DNA of 64,000 nucleotides from Raillietiella orientalis (Eukaryota): positions 3,100,001-3,164,000 of the forward strand of contig JAYWIR010000014.1 of assembly GCA_036172245.1 (NCBI GenBank). The letters run 5' to 3'. The position numbers were made by a program, and so were the translations under genes. Numbering within the stretch: the first letter of the stretch is position 1; each line of letters opens with the position of its first letter. The notes below the pieces were generated by a model. That model ran no database searches and was not told the DNA's origin. It was given only the letters and a program-made list of their open reading frames with translations. Positions 49,920 through 62,358 of the stretch are shown piece after piece.

Positions 49920-52400
49920 ACGCAACGCAGGGTCATCACCGCCATCACCGTCATCCCTGACGCACCGCCTTTGCGGGTGCGTCAGGGGGACCGCAGAGGA
50001 GAAGCTGGGGCTGGGGCAGGGATCGGTACTCTCTCCAAAGACGGAGGCGAGGAATTCTTCGCTGGGAGGGAGGGAAAGAAGGGGAGCGCGCCAACTTTTT
50101 CGGAAGAGCTTCGGCGACTCCGTGACGGAGTCGTCAGCCGGGGGATGCGGAGCGGAAGGCAGGGGGGGGGGGGGAGAAGAACGGAGCTCTCCTCGGAGGA
50201 AGCAGGGAAAAACGGTCCTTCCTTCAGGATCACTCCCACCCTCTGGTTTTTCAGGGAACCTTCAAGATTCTTTTGTTCTCTTCCAGAGTCTGCAGCACGC
50301 CCTTGGGAGAGTTTCTTTGGAGGTTTGTCTCCTGGGAAGGAGGTGCGCCACAACGCTCCCTCGAACCGCTTCTATTGGATGCAGTATGCGTGCACAGACA
50401 CTTCTCCTCCCCCTCTTCCTCATCCTCTCCCTTCTCCCGTGATCGGACAGACGAGCGTGGAACACCTTCGCGAGACCGACGTATGCGGAACATTCAGCTG
50501 CTCACAGGGAACAGGACACCTCAAGTGCTCCTTGAAATGCGGATGGTTTCATCTCGGCAGCGGGAATGCCCCCCTCCCCCTCTCCCGCGTGGTTCACCAG
50601 CAGCCAGGCTTCCGACAGACTTCCTTTCCCTGTCACGAAGGAAACACCGGATCCCGACAAGTTCGATGCTCTCGGGTCTCGGAGCGCGAGCCACCACCTT
50701 TCTCGACAGGATCCTCGACAGGAACGCAAAAGATCGATCCTCCCTCGCACCCGGGGCTGTGGCAGGAAAAAAGAAGGAAGGGCAGGCTGGTGCCCAGCCG
50801 AAAAGGGTTCCCTGATCTCCGAGGGAATCCATGTGCCTTCGACCTTCTTCCCCCTCTGTCCTTCTCTGCTTCTCGTCGCCGCCGCCGCCGCTTGCGACCG
50901 ACGAGGTGTCGGGGAAGCTGGACTCTGGTGCAGGCAGGCGGAAGCTTCAGAGGGGGTGGAGGAGACCCCGTCCGACCTGCGGAGAGCAAGTGCCGCGCGC
51001 GCGCCGCCCCGGCCCGAACTCCAGCGAGCGCGCGTGCGGGGAGAGAGCTGCTTGCTGCAAGGCGGAGGCAGGATCTTCATCGGAGGATCTGGGGTGGTTG
51101 GGTGGGATCGGGCTCTTCGCTTGCCGTTGTCCTCTACCACCCCAATCAATGGAGACCACCTTCGCGGATCCCCTACTGACGCTCGGGGGGACTCGGGAGG
51201 GAAGGGGAGGAGGAAGAGGGCGAGAGAATGGAAAAGAAGGTGGGTCTGCTGCAGCTCTCCTGCCCGCACGCCGGGGGTGCCCCGAAAGCAGCCGCACGTG
51301 GAGCAAACAGTTCGAGTCTTCCGGGAGGTTTTGGCAGCAACGAGAGTCCCCCTCTCATCCATCTTTACCGCCTCGGGGACCGCATGCCTATTACAGGAGA
51401 GGCGCACGCATCGGCTTGCCGTGTTCCTCCTCCCCCTTCCTTCCTCCCTGACCTCTGGTCCTCCGGTCAGCCAAAACCTCAGCACGGTTGGCTGCCGTTT
51501 GCCTCTCGGATCAACCCAAAAGGGCCAGAGCTCCGCTCGGAAGCTGCGTCTAAGCGACGAACTCCTCTCGAAAAGCAGAAATCGAGAGCAAACAGCACGG
51601 GAGGGTGATAAGCGCGCTTGATCCCATGAGGAGGGGGAGAGAGGGAGGTGGCTGGCGTTGGTGGCGGCGCGGAGGAGGATGAGTAAGAGACTTCTCCGAT
51701 CGCAAAACCAAGAGGAATTCGGAAATGAATCATCTCGGAAGAAAGATGCCCGCTGCCGAAGAGGAGGAAGGAGTGCAGCCGGGCCAGGTTCGCGGAGGTT
51801 CATCGGAGCCAAGTCGGGCCTCCGGTCTCCCTGGGAGGCAGGATTTCTCCTTGCGCATTTCTCGAGATTTATGGTCCATATAATCCCATTGCGGGTTCAC
51901 GAAGAGTTCCTGCAAGGAGCTCTAAGTGATTCCGCGACGACGACCCACATCATTCCCATTATTCAAGCATCTCTCTCTCTCTCATCCCTCCCTCCTCCCC
52001 CCCTGTCATTGTGAAACGCGTTCCATTCACCTGAAACCGAAGATGATTAAATCCAAGGGAGGAGGAGGAAAACCCTCGAAGGAGTCTCTTCTCCCCGAGT
52101 TCCCGTCCACCGGCTTCCCTCCCTCCTCCTCGCTCCGCAGACAATGGTCCTGCTTGCGGTTTACCTAAAGCAGAAAAACTTCCCTGATGAAATTCGCCTT
52201 TGAGATGATTCATCGCGAGCAAATGAGCGCTAAAAATAGAGGACGAAACCCAAAGAAAGGAAGAGCAAAAGAGGAAGAAGAAAGGCGATGCCCAAGCCGA
52301 AGGTTTCCGAACTGTGGGGCGCCTTTCCCCCAGGGGGTGGCGACACCTCATCTAATAAACGATGCGCTTTACAGTCCCTGCCTCAACAGTTTCGCCTCTC
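49920..52400 (+). mobile_element. Fossil Ty3/Gypsy pol (RT, RNase H, integrase)
   Basis: EELRRLRDGVV, KNGPSFRI, FGGLSPGK, GNAP, PTDAR (TDAS), WVCCSS..HVEQ, IIPLRVHEEFL, CHCET, CGAPF..HL..LYSPCLNSFA (YxPxxNG); RT-RH-INT order. Confidence 0.7.
50726..50783 (+). repeat. 58-bp direct repeat, copy 2
   Basis: 52/58 identical to 47538-47595. Confidence 0.9.
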
Positions 52401-52669
52401 CTGCAACGCGCTGGACCGGCACACCTAGCGTGCCTCCCCCGCCCCCTCTGTTTTATTGTTTCTCCGCCAGGGGTTCTGACGCTCTCTCGCGCGCGCGCGC
52501 GAGAAAGGCTGCGGAGAGGCGAGCGGTGGCATTCTAGTGAGAAACAGATTCCAGGGAAAAGAGGAGGAAGGGGGGGGGGGGATAAGAAAGAAAGAAAGAA
52601 AGAAAAGAAAGAAACGAAGAAGATGATTGCAGGAAAGAGATAAACTTTTCTCCGGTGATAAATTTCGTT

Positions 52670-53600
52670 CTCCGATCGGGTCTCCGTTTCGTCAACGACG
52701 CCCCCATTTCGGGGCTGCTCTGTAAACCAAGCACATAAGTCACACCCAATTATCCGAGTGTGCCTCTTTGTGCGTGCGCCCGTTCTTCCCTCCCCCCTCT
52801 CTTCTCTCTCCCTTCTTTTCCTTCCTTTGCTTCGCCTGCTAATGATCGAACGGGAGGATGGAATCCGGCAGCCACGCTTAGCGAGCGATCATCCTGGGCG
52901 CTGGGGCTCTGGCAGTTCCGTGAGATACGCCGATCTTTTCTCCACCTTGGGGAAAACGCGAGCGCTCCCCCTTCTTCCTCTTATCTTCTGGCGAGGGGGA
53001 GAGAGAGTCGGATGCTGCACAGCAAGCCGCGGCTTCCCCCTGCCTTCCCCGGGAGACCGGGGGGAACGCACGCAAGCTGTGCGGAAGAAATAAGAGCGGA
53101 GAGCATCGAGGGAGCACGTGCTCCGCAGCAGCAGCCACTTCTCCTCCTCCCTCCCATGTGAAGCTGGGAAGCGACCTTGGACACTTCCCGTTCCCATGGT
53201 GAAAACCGCGGTCTGGTTTCGTTTAAGCCTTCGATACACCACGGAGCGGCTGAACGGAGCGGGTGGGATCGCCGAAGAATCGTACTCGTCGAAGAGGACC
53301 GAAGGGAATCCAGAAGGCGCAGAAGAAGAGGAAGAACAGGAAGAGATGGTTCGTTTCCTTGTGGAAGATGAAAGCAGAGATCAGTGAGCTCCCACTTCCT
53401 CCCGTCTACCAATAGATCGTGCTGAACGATCGCCTTCCTCTTTGAGGGAGGAAGGTCCCGCAGACGTCTTCCCTTCTCCTGGAAACAGATTGGCGTCTCC
53501 CCTGCGGCTTGCGTAAGCCGACGCTCGGTGCGCTTCCGGGACGAGTCGCCGCTTCCGAGAAACCAGCACGAGAGATCTTCGCCTCTCTCCAGAACCCACT
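52670..53600 (+). mobile_element. Fossil RTE-like RT and thumb
   Basis: SGLR..PISGLL, SVRYADL (LRYADD), ERVG, KLGS, RRLPFSW. Confidence 0.55.
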
Positions 53601-53789
53601 CGGGAACCTTCTCTCGAGGGTGCCTGAGGGACAGCTTACATCCTCCGGGAAGAACGACATCTTTATGAGTGAAACACAGTAATGGTTTATGTGAAGTAGT
53701 AGTAATTAGAATGAGGTAGAGATTTTAAGTTTTACCTTCTTTTCTCTATCCCGGCTCTTGAGTCGGGATCTTAATCGCCTCTTTTGTCC

Positions 53790-54600
53790 TGTTGCCTGGA
53801 CAACTCTGCGCTAAGCGGCCGAGGAAAATCTTGAGCCGAGGTCCCATCCGACTCCTGGAGTCTGTACACGTAGGACGGGTCACTGGCATGAAAAAAAAAG
53901 ATGCTGTCCCTCTTCCTCTACAGAGGTCTTCTTTCCAGATCCTGGCAACACATGCGCTCTCTTCCGGGATCCCCACTTTGCACGCTCGACGTTGCCCATA
54001 GTACTTTTCATGGCTGATTTTCTGAGGAGGCCAGCAAAACTGCTACTGCTTCCCAGCTCGTCTCGTCGGGGAAGGCGGTTCCTCCTCCTCCCCGAGAAGG
54101 AGGAACCGCCTTTCCGATCTTCTGCTGCTTTCGGTTCGAAAGGAGAGATCTCTTCGGTCTGCCCTTTTTTTGCTACCACCGCAGTGGCCGGTGCGGGCGC
54201 GCGAAGAGACCGAAGATGCAGGCGGGGGAGAGTCGCGCCGCCACCAGAGCTCAGCGGGTCTCGCGCGGAAAGTGCGCCGCCGCCGCCTTCCGCGGACACG
54301 ACCGAAGAAGCAGGGCGAATGAATAGCGTCATTCTTCGCGGGATCAGAAACATCTGGAACCAGGATCTCCGGCATGCGGGACAACAAAGGATACCCTTGG
54401 AACAAGGATTAGCAGGATTTGAAAGAGGAAGGGGAGGAAGAGGAGGAGGAGCGAAGGGGAGATGGTGGCGGCGACACTCGTGGGAAGGCCTCCGCAGCAC
54501 TTTCAAAAGAATGGTGAGGCACCATGCGCTTCCCGAAATGCGATTTCGTGGCGAATCCCGGCTTTTACGCCGGGAAACATTCTTGATTGCAAAAAAGGAA
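53790..54600 (-). mobile_element. Fossil RTE-like RT N-terminal half
   Basis: AIKNVSRRKS..NRIS, SKGIL, GIPE, MGPRLKIFL. Confidence 0.55.
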
Positions 54601-54974
54601 GAAGGAATGGAAAAGAGGAGGGAGAAAAAAGAAAAGAAAATCCTGTCCTCCGACAGAGGGCAAAGGTCGTCCCCAGTTTCCTTTGATTTATGTCGCACGC
54701 ATAAGGGGATTCGCCAGAAGGTTCGGAAGGGTTCCCTCTGCCCGATGCTGCGATACTGTGACCTGAATTCAGGGATGCTTCGAGGCATGCATTCTGCTAC
54801 CATCACCGTCGCCGAGAACTCATGGTGAGCAGAGACGCCTCCAGGACATTCTCGAAGGAAAGGGGAATGGAAGCGGGGACTCCGTGAAGAGTTCCTACTC
54901 TGGAGAGAAGAGAAGAGGGAAACTTTGTTGCTTCCAAAGCCACAGCAGAGGGAGAATAGGGCATCCGTTCCAGA

Positions 54975-55670
54975 GCACCTTGACGAAGCGGGTGCAGCGG
55001 CTAAGGAAACACCTCCCGTTCTTCGTCTCCCACTACTGAAGCTTCCTTCTACTGCTCGTAGGGACCGCTCCCCCATCCCACCGCTGCTCGTTCCTCTTCA
55101 CGCTTCTGAGGATTGTCTGTTCAGCTTCCTATTCGAACGCGAGCTCCCCCTTCGGTAGGGTGTCCTCCACTCCTCCGGACCGCAACCTGCCGAGGAAGCA
55201 GCTTGCGGTCGGAAGGAAATACACGGGAGCTCCTGGAAGTAGGAAACGCAGCTGGACCAAGGAACAACAAGTGGATAGCTCTCACTGGGGCCGGCTGATG
55301 CTCCGCTGATTTGAAGAGCCCGAGGGTGGTCTCTCTCGGTTGCCTGCGCGACCGCACCCGCTCACCAAAGGGAGTCACTATCCCGTTTCTTCACTGATAG
55401 CCATCTTGCGCCTCTCCCCGTCTTCCCAACCACGGTCGGGAAGACGAAATCCGCTTCTTCCAGGAACTTCCTTTTCGTGACGGAAGGTCCAACCGGACGC
55501 CGCATGTCCAAGGGAGAAAAACTTACCCGATCTCTCTCTTCTCGCCCGTCCCTTCGGGAAGTGCTCCAGAGAAAGACGAGGCCCGTCCTTGCCAGAACAG
55601 GTCTTTCCTGTCTCACAGAAAAATGTAGCCAGCACCCGATCTTTCTGTATGGAAAAGCACAAAAGGATAA
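54975..55670 (+). mobile_element. Fossil Jockey-like LINE fragment; carries the left arm of the inverted repeat
   Basis: KSPRV (KSPG), AILRLS..FP (AILRLxxFP), TRSLSSRPSLREVL (YRPISLLPxLxK); nucleotide similarity to the reverse complement of 57305-57826. Confidence 0.55.
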
Positions 55671-55879
55671 AGAAGGATGAAGAGGAATGGTAATGATGAT
55701 ACTGTTGATGGCGAAGAGAAGGAGAAGGAGGAAGAGGAGGAGGAAGAAATGGGGTGGAAGTGATGGGGATCTCGTGCTCTCCCGCCATCACCATTTGATG
55801 ACGGATGATTCCTTTCCGGTTCCCCCTCCCCCCTTTAAAAGGAGCACCCATGTCCTGCACCAACTGGTAACGCTGCCGT

Positions 55880-58800
55880 GATAGCGTTCGGGACAGGCAA
55901 TGAGCCTGCACTCTCTCCTCTGTTCCGCGCCACGAAATTGGCGCGCGCCAGTTCCCCTGAGTCAGCTCCACCACCCGCTATGCTGTGCGCTAGGTCCAGA
56001 ACAAGAACGGTCCCCGCCATCCCTCTGGACGAAGCTGTAACTTCACTAACGTGCTGGAGGGGAATGCGTGTCTTACGATACTCCAGGAACGCGAGGCGAT
56101 CGCCTCCCGAGGCGAGCTCCCGCTGCTCTCCTCTTCCTCCTCTACCTTTCTTAAACTACTTTGGAGCATCTGAAGGGAAAGAGGGGGGTAGAAAAGGTCC
56201 TTTGCGCTGCGCAAGTCGCCAGGGAAGAGCTTCCCCTTCAGGAGGACTCTCAGATATCGGCCTCGACCCCGTCGGTTTCCCGCGACCTCGGTTCCCACGG
56301 TTACGGGACGCCCGCAAAACGGCCGGGATGATGCGGCGGCGAGGAAAAGCTTTTTCCTTCGCGTGACATCACTGCCTCGTTTTCCACCGCCGCCGCCTTC
56401 CCTTCCGGGTGATAACGCGACGCGGTAGACCGCCGACGCCGCAGCGGGTGAGAAGGGGACCTCCTCCACCTCCCGCCCCTTCCCGTCTGCCGTCTTGTTT
56501 CCTCCCGACCCAGCAAGCCGTGGAGCGGGCGCACACCCAAACCTCCGAAGCGTGGGAGGAGGTCCTGCGAAGCGGGGAGGCAGTCGACCGGTTCCCAGGA
56601 CTCCGCTTTCCCTTCTGCCCCGACCTCGTGACGGAGGAAGTGCCGTCGCCCCAGAGGTCAAGAGGAATTACCGAGTCCCGAAGTTTTCCCTCTCGGGCGT
56701 TCGGCCTGGGGTCGCTTTCTCTATCCCTCTCTCGCAGCCCCCACAGCCAGTCTCCGCTCGGCCAATCAAGAAGGGAGGGAGAAAAGAGCTGAGCGTTCCC
56801 ATGGCTTCCGACGGTGGGGACCAGCACGGGAGTAGGGGTGCTCCGCCGCGGTGGCGGCGAAAGAGAGCGGGCTGTAGTTGGCACAAGATGAAAGCACGCA
56901 GTTGGAAGAGGGTGGGCAAAAGGAAGGGGAAAATGGCTAGTCGTGACACGGGTCTGCATCCCCCTCTCGGTCCCTTTCTGGCGGGACGGAGAGGCTGCGC
57001 GTCGCTCCATCTGCTTGGGGACATCTCCACTGAGGGAGGGAGGAGAACGGGAGGGGTGGGCAGGAACATCGTCGCGATGACCGAAAGCCCGTCCGACCCC
57101 TTCCGCCCTCCATGCTGCCAAGGGGTGACGGGAAGGGGGGCTCAGACCTCCTCAAAAGTTTCCAGATGCCTCTGTGGAAAACGCTCCTGGGTGAACGAGG
57201 GATAGCTCGAGTGCCGGACTGGGAGGCCCTCACTCTGCAGCCCATCCAGACGCTTTTTCCCCGTCTCCTCATCCAGGTCACGACGCACCTGGAGGAAAAC
57301 CCTGCAGGAAGGAGAGGCGCGTGGTGGCTCTCAGTCAGGAAGCGGGAGAGTGGTGCCCTCCGGTGAGCGAGTGCGGTTGCACAGGCAACCGAGAGAGACC
57401 AACCTTGAGCTCTTCAGGTCAGCGGAGCATCAATCGACCCCAGTGCGAGCTCCTCACTTGTTGTTCCTCGGTTGTTCCTCCTGCCGTTCCGTCATGAATT
57501 CCCGTGCATTTCTCCCGGTCGGAGCGCGTAGCTCGAGATGAAGAACGGTAGACGTTCCTTTTGCCGCGCCGCCCGCTTCCTTCAGGTTTTCCACACTCGG
57601 AACATCCGGAGGGGGAGAAGGGAGAAGGAGGCGAACTCGAAAGAATGTCAGCATCCTTCTTCGGCAGGTTGAGGCCTGTTGGTCCGGAGGAGTGGAGGAC
57701 ACCCTGCCGTAGGCAGTGCTCGCGTTCGAAGAGGAACCTGAACAGACAATCCCCAGAAGCTGAAGAGGAACGGACAGGGACGGGTAGGGAGGTGCTGGCC
57801 TTGCGAACAGCAGGAGGAAGCTTCAGAGGAGGCCACCCACACTCTTTCTCCATTCATCTCTTAGGTGCTTGTCGCGCTGGCAGAGGATTTCCCCGGGAGC
57901 TCCTTAGGGTCCCTTTTGCAGCCGTTCCTCCCCGACTGATCCCTGGATAGGGTTCCAAGACGGAGGCGATTGCCAGGAACGAACAGTCCTCCTTCTCTAA
58001 GTCTTCCCGAATTCCTTAGGTTTCTCTTCTTTGCGCGGGAGGACCATCAATCGTCTGGGTTCCCCAGGGCTAGGGTCGCTTCCGGACCTGAGGAGCGCGA
58101 TATGGGAGAAGCCTATCTCACGAGGAATCCCTGCGCAATCCTCTCCCCCCCCCCCTCTCCCTCCTGTCCCCTTCCCCTTGGCACATTCTCGTGCTCTGCT
58201 CACCCTTCTGTACTCCCGCGGCTGCCCCTTGAGATCCGGCGAGAAGGAAGAGCAGAAACCTCTGAAGCAGGAACCGTAGAGACCGACTTCTCTGGGAAGG
58301 AGGGGGAGGGAGGAGAAGATGGCCCTGCGCGGGTTCATACGAAGGCAAAGAAGCCGAGCATCCCAAAGCAACCAGAATTAGCCAGGGGTCAGCGGCGAGG
58401 GGCCTGAGAAGGCGTTGGCGATCCTCGGATGACCTTCCCACGCGCGTCTTTCCGTCGCCGTGGGATTCGGAGGCGGTATCTCCGGAGTGCTCAAGTCCTC
58501 CGATTCTTCGGGAGGCCTTCGGGAGAATGAAGATGGCAGGATGAGAGGAGGGAGAGAAGTCTTCTGTTTCTCCGAGGAGATCGACTTTGCCGTTATACGG
58601 GAAATCCCTTGGTGCCGGACCGCCTGCCTGTTTGGGCGCTGTCCCAGGGAAGCGGCTCCCCCCCTCCCTTCTTCCCTTCCGGATGCACCGAAAGGAACGT
58701 CTCCTGGCTTTCCCGATCTCCTCCCCTCCTGTCCTTGAACCGAAGGGTTCTCCGTGAATTCTGATGGACTCGCAGTTCCAGCCGTCCCGGAACGGCGCCC

Positions 58801-61000
58801 TCGTAGCGGCACCTACTGTGTCGCGTTAGCGACCTGGAACTCTTCCTCTCTTCCCATTCCTTCGTGTCTGCGTGTGAGGAGGAAAAATCGCAACCGAACC
58901 CTATCCTCGCTTCTCCCATTGTTGCGCTCAACCCGCCTGGACCCTCCTTTCCACCTCCCTTCCTTTCGGGATCGCTCCGGCTCTCGTTCCATGGAGCATG
59001 TAGGAGTGGGGTGGGGAGGACTGACCCATCCAGTGTCATGCTGGGTGCGACCGTGCTCGGGCAGCTTTCCGAGGAGCTCCGTGATCTGCCGCCAGCCTGG
59101 AGGCTGCGTTGACTTGGGAATAGACAGGCGGGACAGAGCCTCCTCCACGCCTTGCCAAGAAGGCGTTCAGGAAAAGATGGAAGAGAGAAGAGCGAATCAG
59201 AATTCTGTCCCGGTGGGGGAATGGGGTGGACTGTAGGGGAGGTGGTAGGTTAATCAGTAATCGAGGGCTACAGAGGAGATCAGTGGGTTGCTTACTGTCC
59301 CTTCTCCCGCGCTACCACCAGTCGGGCTTCCCGTTCCTCCAGCCAGTGCTGCTATCGGCACAGGAACCGGGATGTGCCTCCCAGGACGAAGTCGGGAAGG
59401 AGGAAAGGGTGCCTCCAGGAGACTCGGGAGTCACCGACCTCATCCCATATCAATTCCTGAGATCCTCAATTCCATTTTTTTTTTCCTCTGGCCGCACCCC
59501 CTGAGACCCTCAGAGCAGAAAGTTGCAGAGGAAGTGAAAAGAGTGAACCTTTGCTCCATTGGGTCTCCAGGGAAACCGGAGGGAAGGGGAAAGAAGACCT
59601 CGGGACCAGGGATGGTCCAGAAGCAGCCTCCGGATGCATCCGCATTTCTAAGTGGAGGAGACCAACGGCTTTCAAGGCTCCTTCCGAGAAGTCGTGGGCG
59701 CCTCAGGGGGGAGGAAAGCAGAGGAGGGGGACGGGTGGCTGCTCTGCAGTAGCTGAATCCTCCTGGAGCCCCTCTCTGACTCCTTCCCGCGGGGAGCGGT
59801 GGATGCGAGAGCACGTTCCTCCATGGCGACCGGTTCCGGACCACTCGGGTAGGCAAGGGAGGCAGAGTTTCGGGAAAGCTCTCCCAGAAGCTTCCCTAGG
59901 GAAGCTCCAGGGTCGATGCCGCGCCGGGAACACAGGAGCCCTTTGGGAGGTTCAGGGAGGAAGGGGAGATGCAGATCTGAGAAGATGAAGATGAGGGAGC
60001 GGGTAGGAGGAACACAAGGAATTCGAAACCATCGTGCCCGACGTGACCGGAATTCGCTGCGACGAACAGAAAGAGAGAAAAGGGGAGATGGGGAGGGAGG
60101 GAGGAAGAGCAGCTTAGAACCCCTCTCTCCCTTCCTGACCCCTGCCCCCCCTGCCCCGCGCGGTGATGGTGACGCGAAGGGCCACCGCTTCGAAGGAGGC
60201 TCCGGACCGACGGTGAAGGGACCTCCCCAACCCTCTTCCGGCACCTTCTCCTCCCCTCCTCTTCCCCTTCCTGAGGAGCACCGAACCCACCGCACAGATG
60301 ATCCCTCCTTCATCCTCCTGAGGGACGGAGAGGGGAAGACGAGCTCTTCTCCGCCTCCTCCTCCCGTTGTCATCAGCATGCGGCGGCACGCGCGGGAGCC
60401 GCGGTACGTGTAATCCCCAGCGTGGTCTGACGTCATCGGGCATGCCTTACACGCAGTGAGGGGGATTCCAGGGGACCAGAGGGGAAGAGCGAGGCCGGGC
60501 TGGTCTCATGAATAAAACAGTGCGGCAAAGGAACGCCTCTTCTGCTGCTGCCTCTGCACTTCTTTTGTATGCCTCTCGTCTTCCGTGCTTAACTTTTCGT
60601 TTTCGTTTGCGAAAGACACGAAAAGAAGAAAAAAAGGTATGGAAGAGGAAGAATAGGATGCACGCGGAGACGCAGCTCTTTTCCCCAGGGATCCTGTCTC
60701 GGGAAGCAGGAACCCACTGTCCCGCGGGTTGCATGGCGAGAGCGCCTCGGAGAGGGAAAGGAGGAGGGTTCGTTTAGTCGAGAGGGGAACTCTCGAGGAA
60801 GCCAGGAACTGGAAAGACTCCTGTCCCGAACGCTCCCCAGAGCGGTCGGCCAGCCGGCCTCGGAGCTCCCGAAGGCTCTTTCGTTTCCTCAGGAGTCTCT
60901 TTCGGAGGGGAAGACTTCCGAGCGTCCTCGAGATCCTCGGACGAAGGGCGTCCTCCTTGGCTGGCGGCCCAGTTCTAGCGGGAGGGGATATTCCAGATTT
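55880..61000 (-). mobile_element. Near full-length fossil Jockey/I-like LINE (ORF1 knuckle, APE, RT)
   Basis: CKACPMTSDHAGDYTYRGS (CxxC..H..YRGC) near 60430; GCDFSSSH (GDFNxxH) near 58890; VVTWMRRRGK, QHGGRKG (QxGFR), DVPKQMER, LWGDGT (LYADDT), YLRVLLKGKL. Confidence 0.55.
57305..57826 (-). repeat. Right arm of a diverged inverted repeat (partner 54975-55420)
   Basis: Three alignable blocks of roughly 70-80% identity by eye, e.g. CAGGCAACCGAGAGAGACCA and GGTCCGGAGGAGTGGAGGACACCCT shared exactly. Confidence 0.9.
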
Positions 61001-61186
61001 CCCCTGGACTCTTCCTCGTTCAGGAAGATGGAGGGCACTCGCCAAGGGGGCGGCGGGGACAACAAGCCTCCCGGAAAACCCCCTAACCCTCGCTGTGCGC
61101 CCTCAGCGCGAGAAAGCGGGCGCCGGACCTTCGCAGGCCGTCGACACGGGAGGTCGACTGCGAACGCAGGGAGTCGATGTCTGTAG

Positions 61187-61218
61187 TCTCGACCTTTTGG
61201 CTAAGATCAAATTGTAGT
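61187..61218 (+). pseudogene. U2: 5' fragment of U2 snRNA (about nt 7-38)
   Basis: TCTCGaCCTTTTGGCTAAGATCAAAtTGTAGT, 30/32 match to the U2 5' end including most of the branch-pairing GTAGT; TGTAGTC at 61182-61188 and 61213-61219. Confidence 0.88.
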
Positions 61219-61345
61219 CCGAACCCCCGTGTTGGCAGCCGGACCTCCCCAGGCAGCGACTCGGTGCTGCTCGGCACTTCCTCAGCGGAAGCGGGAGCGT
61301 CAGAAACCTCTTCTGAGGCGCCCGGGAAGCGGCACATTCTGCAGG

Positions 61346-62150
61346 TCAGCGTTCGCCCCCAAGGAATCTAAGATTCCTCCTGCCGGGATCCCTCGAGAGA
61401 CGTATCGGGAGAAACGGTCGCTTTCTGCTCTCCGGAGAGCAATAATCCCAAGCTCTTCGGGGAGCTCCCAGTGGGAATCGCTTCGTTTCCCTGGGAACTT
61501 CCCGGAGAAGGTAGGCGGAAGGGGGGCAGGGAAGGAAGAAAGAAAGAAAGAAATGCTCCATGGCTCGGAGAGAAGGAAAAAAAGAAAAGCAGGAAACGGA
61601 TTCCCCTTGTTCCCTCCCCTCTTCCTTGGCAGGAGATCGCCTGAGGCAGTCGGTCATGAGAGGTTTGGGGAAGAGGAGCGATGATAAGGAGGGGGGGGGG
61701 GGGGGAGACTTCCTGGAAGGGAGGATTGAGCCTTGCGGTCAAGACACTGGGAGAAACTGGGAGAAAGCTGGTCCTCTCCGGGCCATCAGAGAAGCCAGGG
61801 AAGCACTGAGAGTTTCCTCGTGCCCTTTCCCAGGCTGCTGAGCCGGATGCTGCCTCTTCTCCATCTCCTCCTCTGAAAGCATCCTGGCCAGCGACCGCTG
61901 TGGCGATCGAAGGTTCGGGTCTTTAGAGTTCGCGTTGCCAAGAAACGGGGAGCTCGAGGTGGTCCCCGGGAATTTTCCGACGCACCGGGAGACGCAGTCC
62001 CTCGGGGCCGCTGACACCGGAGCGGAGGGGAGGAAGGTATGGGGTGCGAACAGGGTGGCAACGGCCGGATCTCTGGTGGGAAGAGACTGGGCTGTTGCTA
62101 ATAGGGGGGCCCCGTGCCGCTGTGGTGCTGCCGCTGCTCCCCTGCTTCTT
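61346..62150 (-). mobile_element. Fossil CR1/L2-like RT and C-terminal fragment
   Basis: FSQFLPVS*PQGSILP (PVxSGVPQGSILGP), ETKR..WDYCSP..GRRNLRF. Confidence 0.65.
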
Positions 62151-62358
62151 CAGGGACCTTTCGTGGAAGAAAGCGGCCACCTCCTCTCCTCTTGTCCGCC
62201 ACCCTTCCCTGCTGGTTATTCCCTGCTTCCTTCGTCATTTCCGGAACGGCGCTGAGAATCAAGAGCGAGGGCATGCTGGTCGCAAGTCCCTTGCGACCAG
62301 TATGGCGGAATGGACCGTGCGACCAATAGATCGCAAGGTGAACAAACTCCTGCCCTCA

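Noticed and set aside
48390..51420. Back-to-back Gypsy RT fossils as an inverted duplication
   Set aside because: No nucleotide similarity visible between them; treated as independent insertions
57112..57366. Plus-strand L1/Tx1-like LPxxxGG motif
   Set aside because: The minus strand carries a longer collinear RT motif series over the same bases
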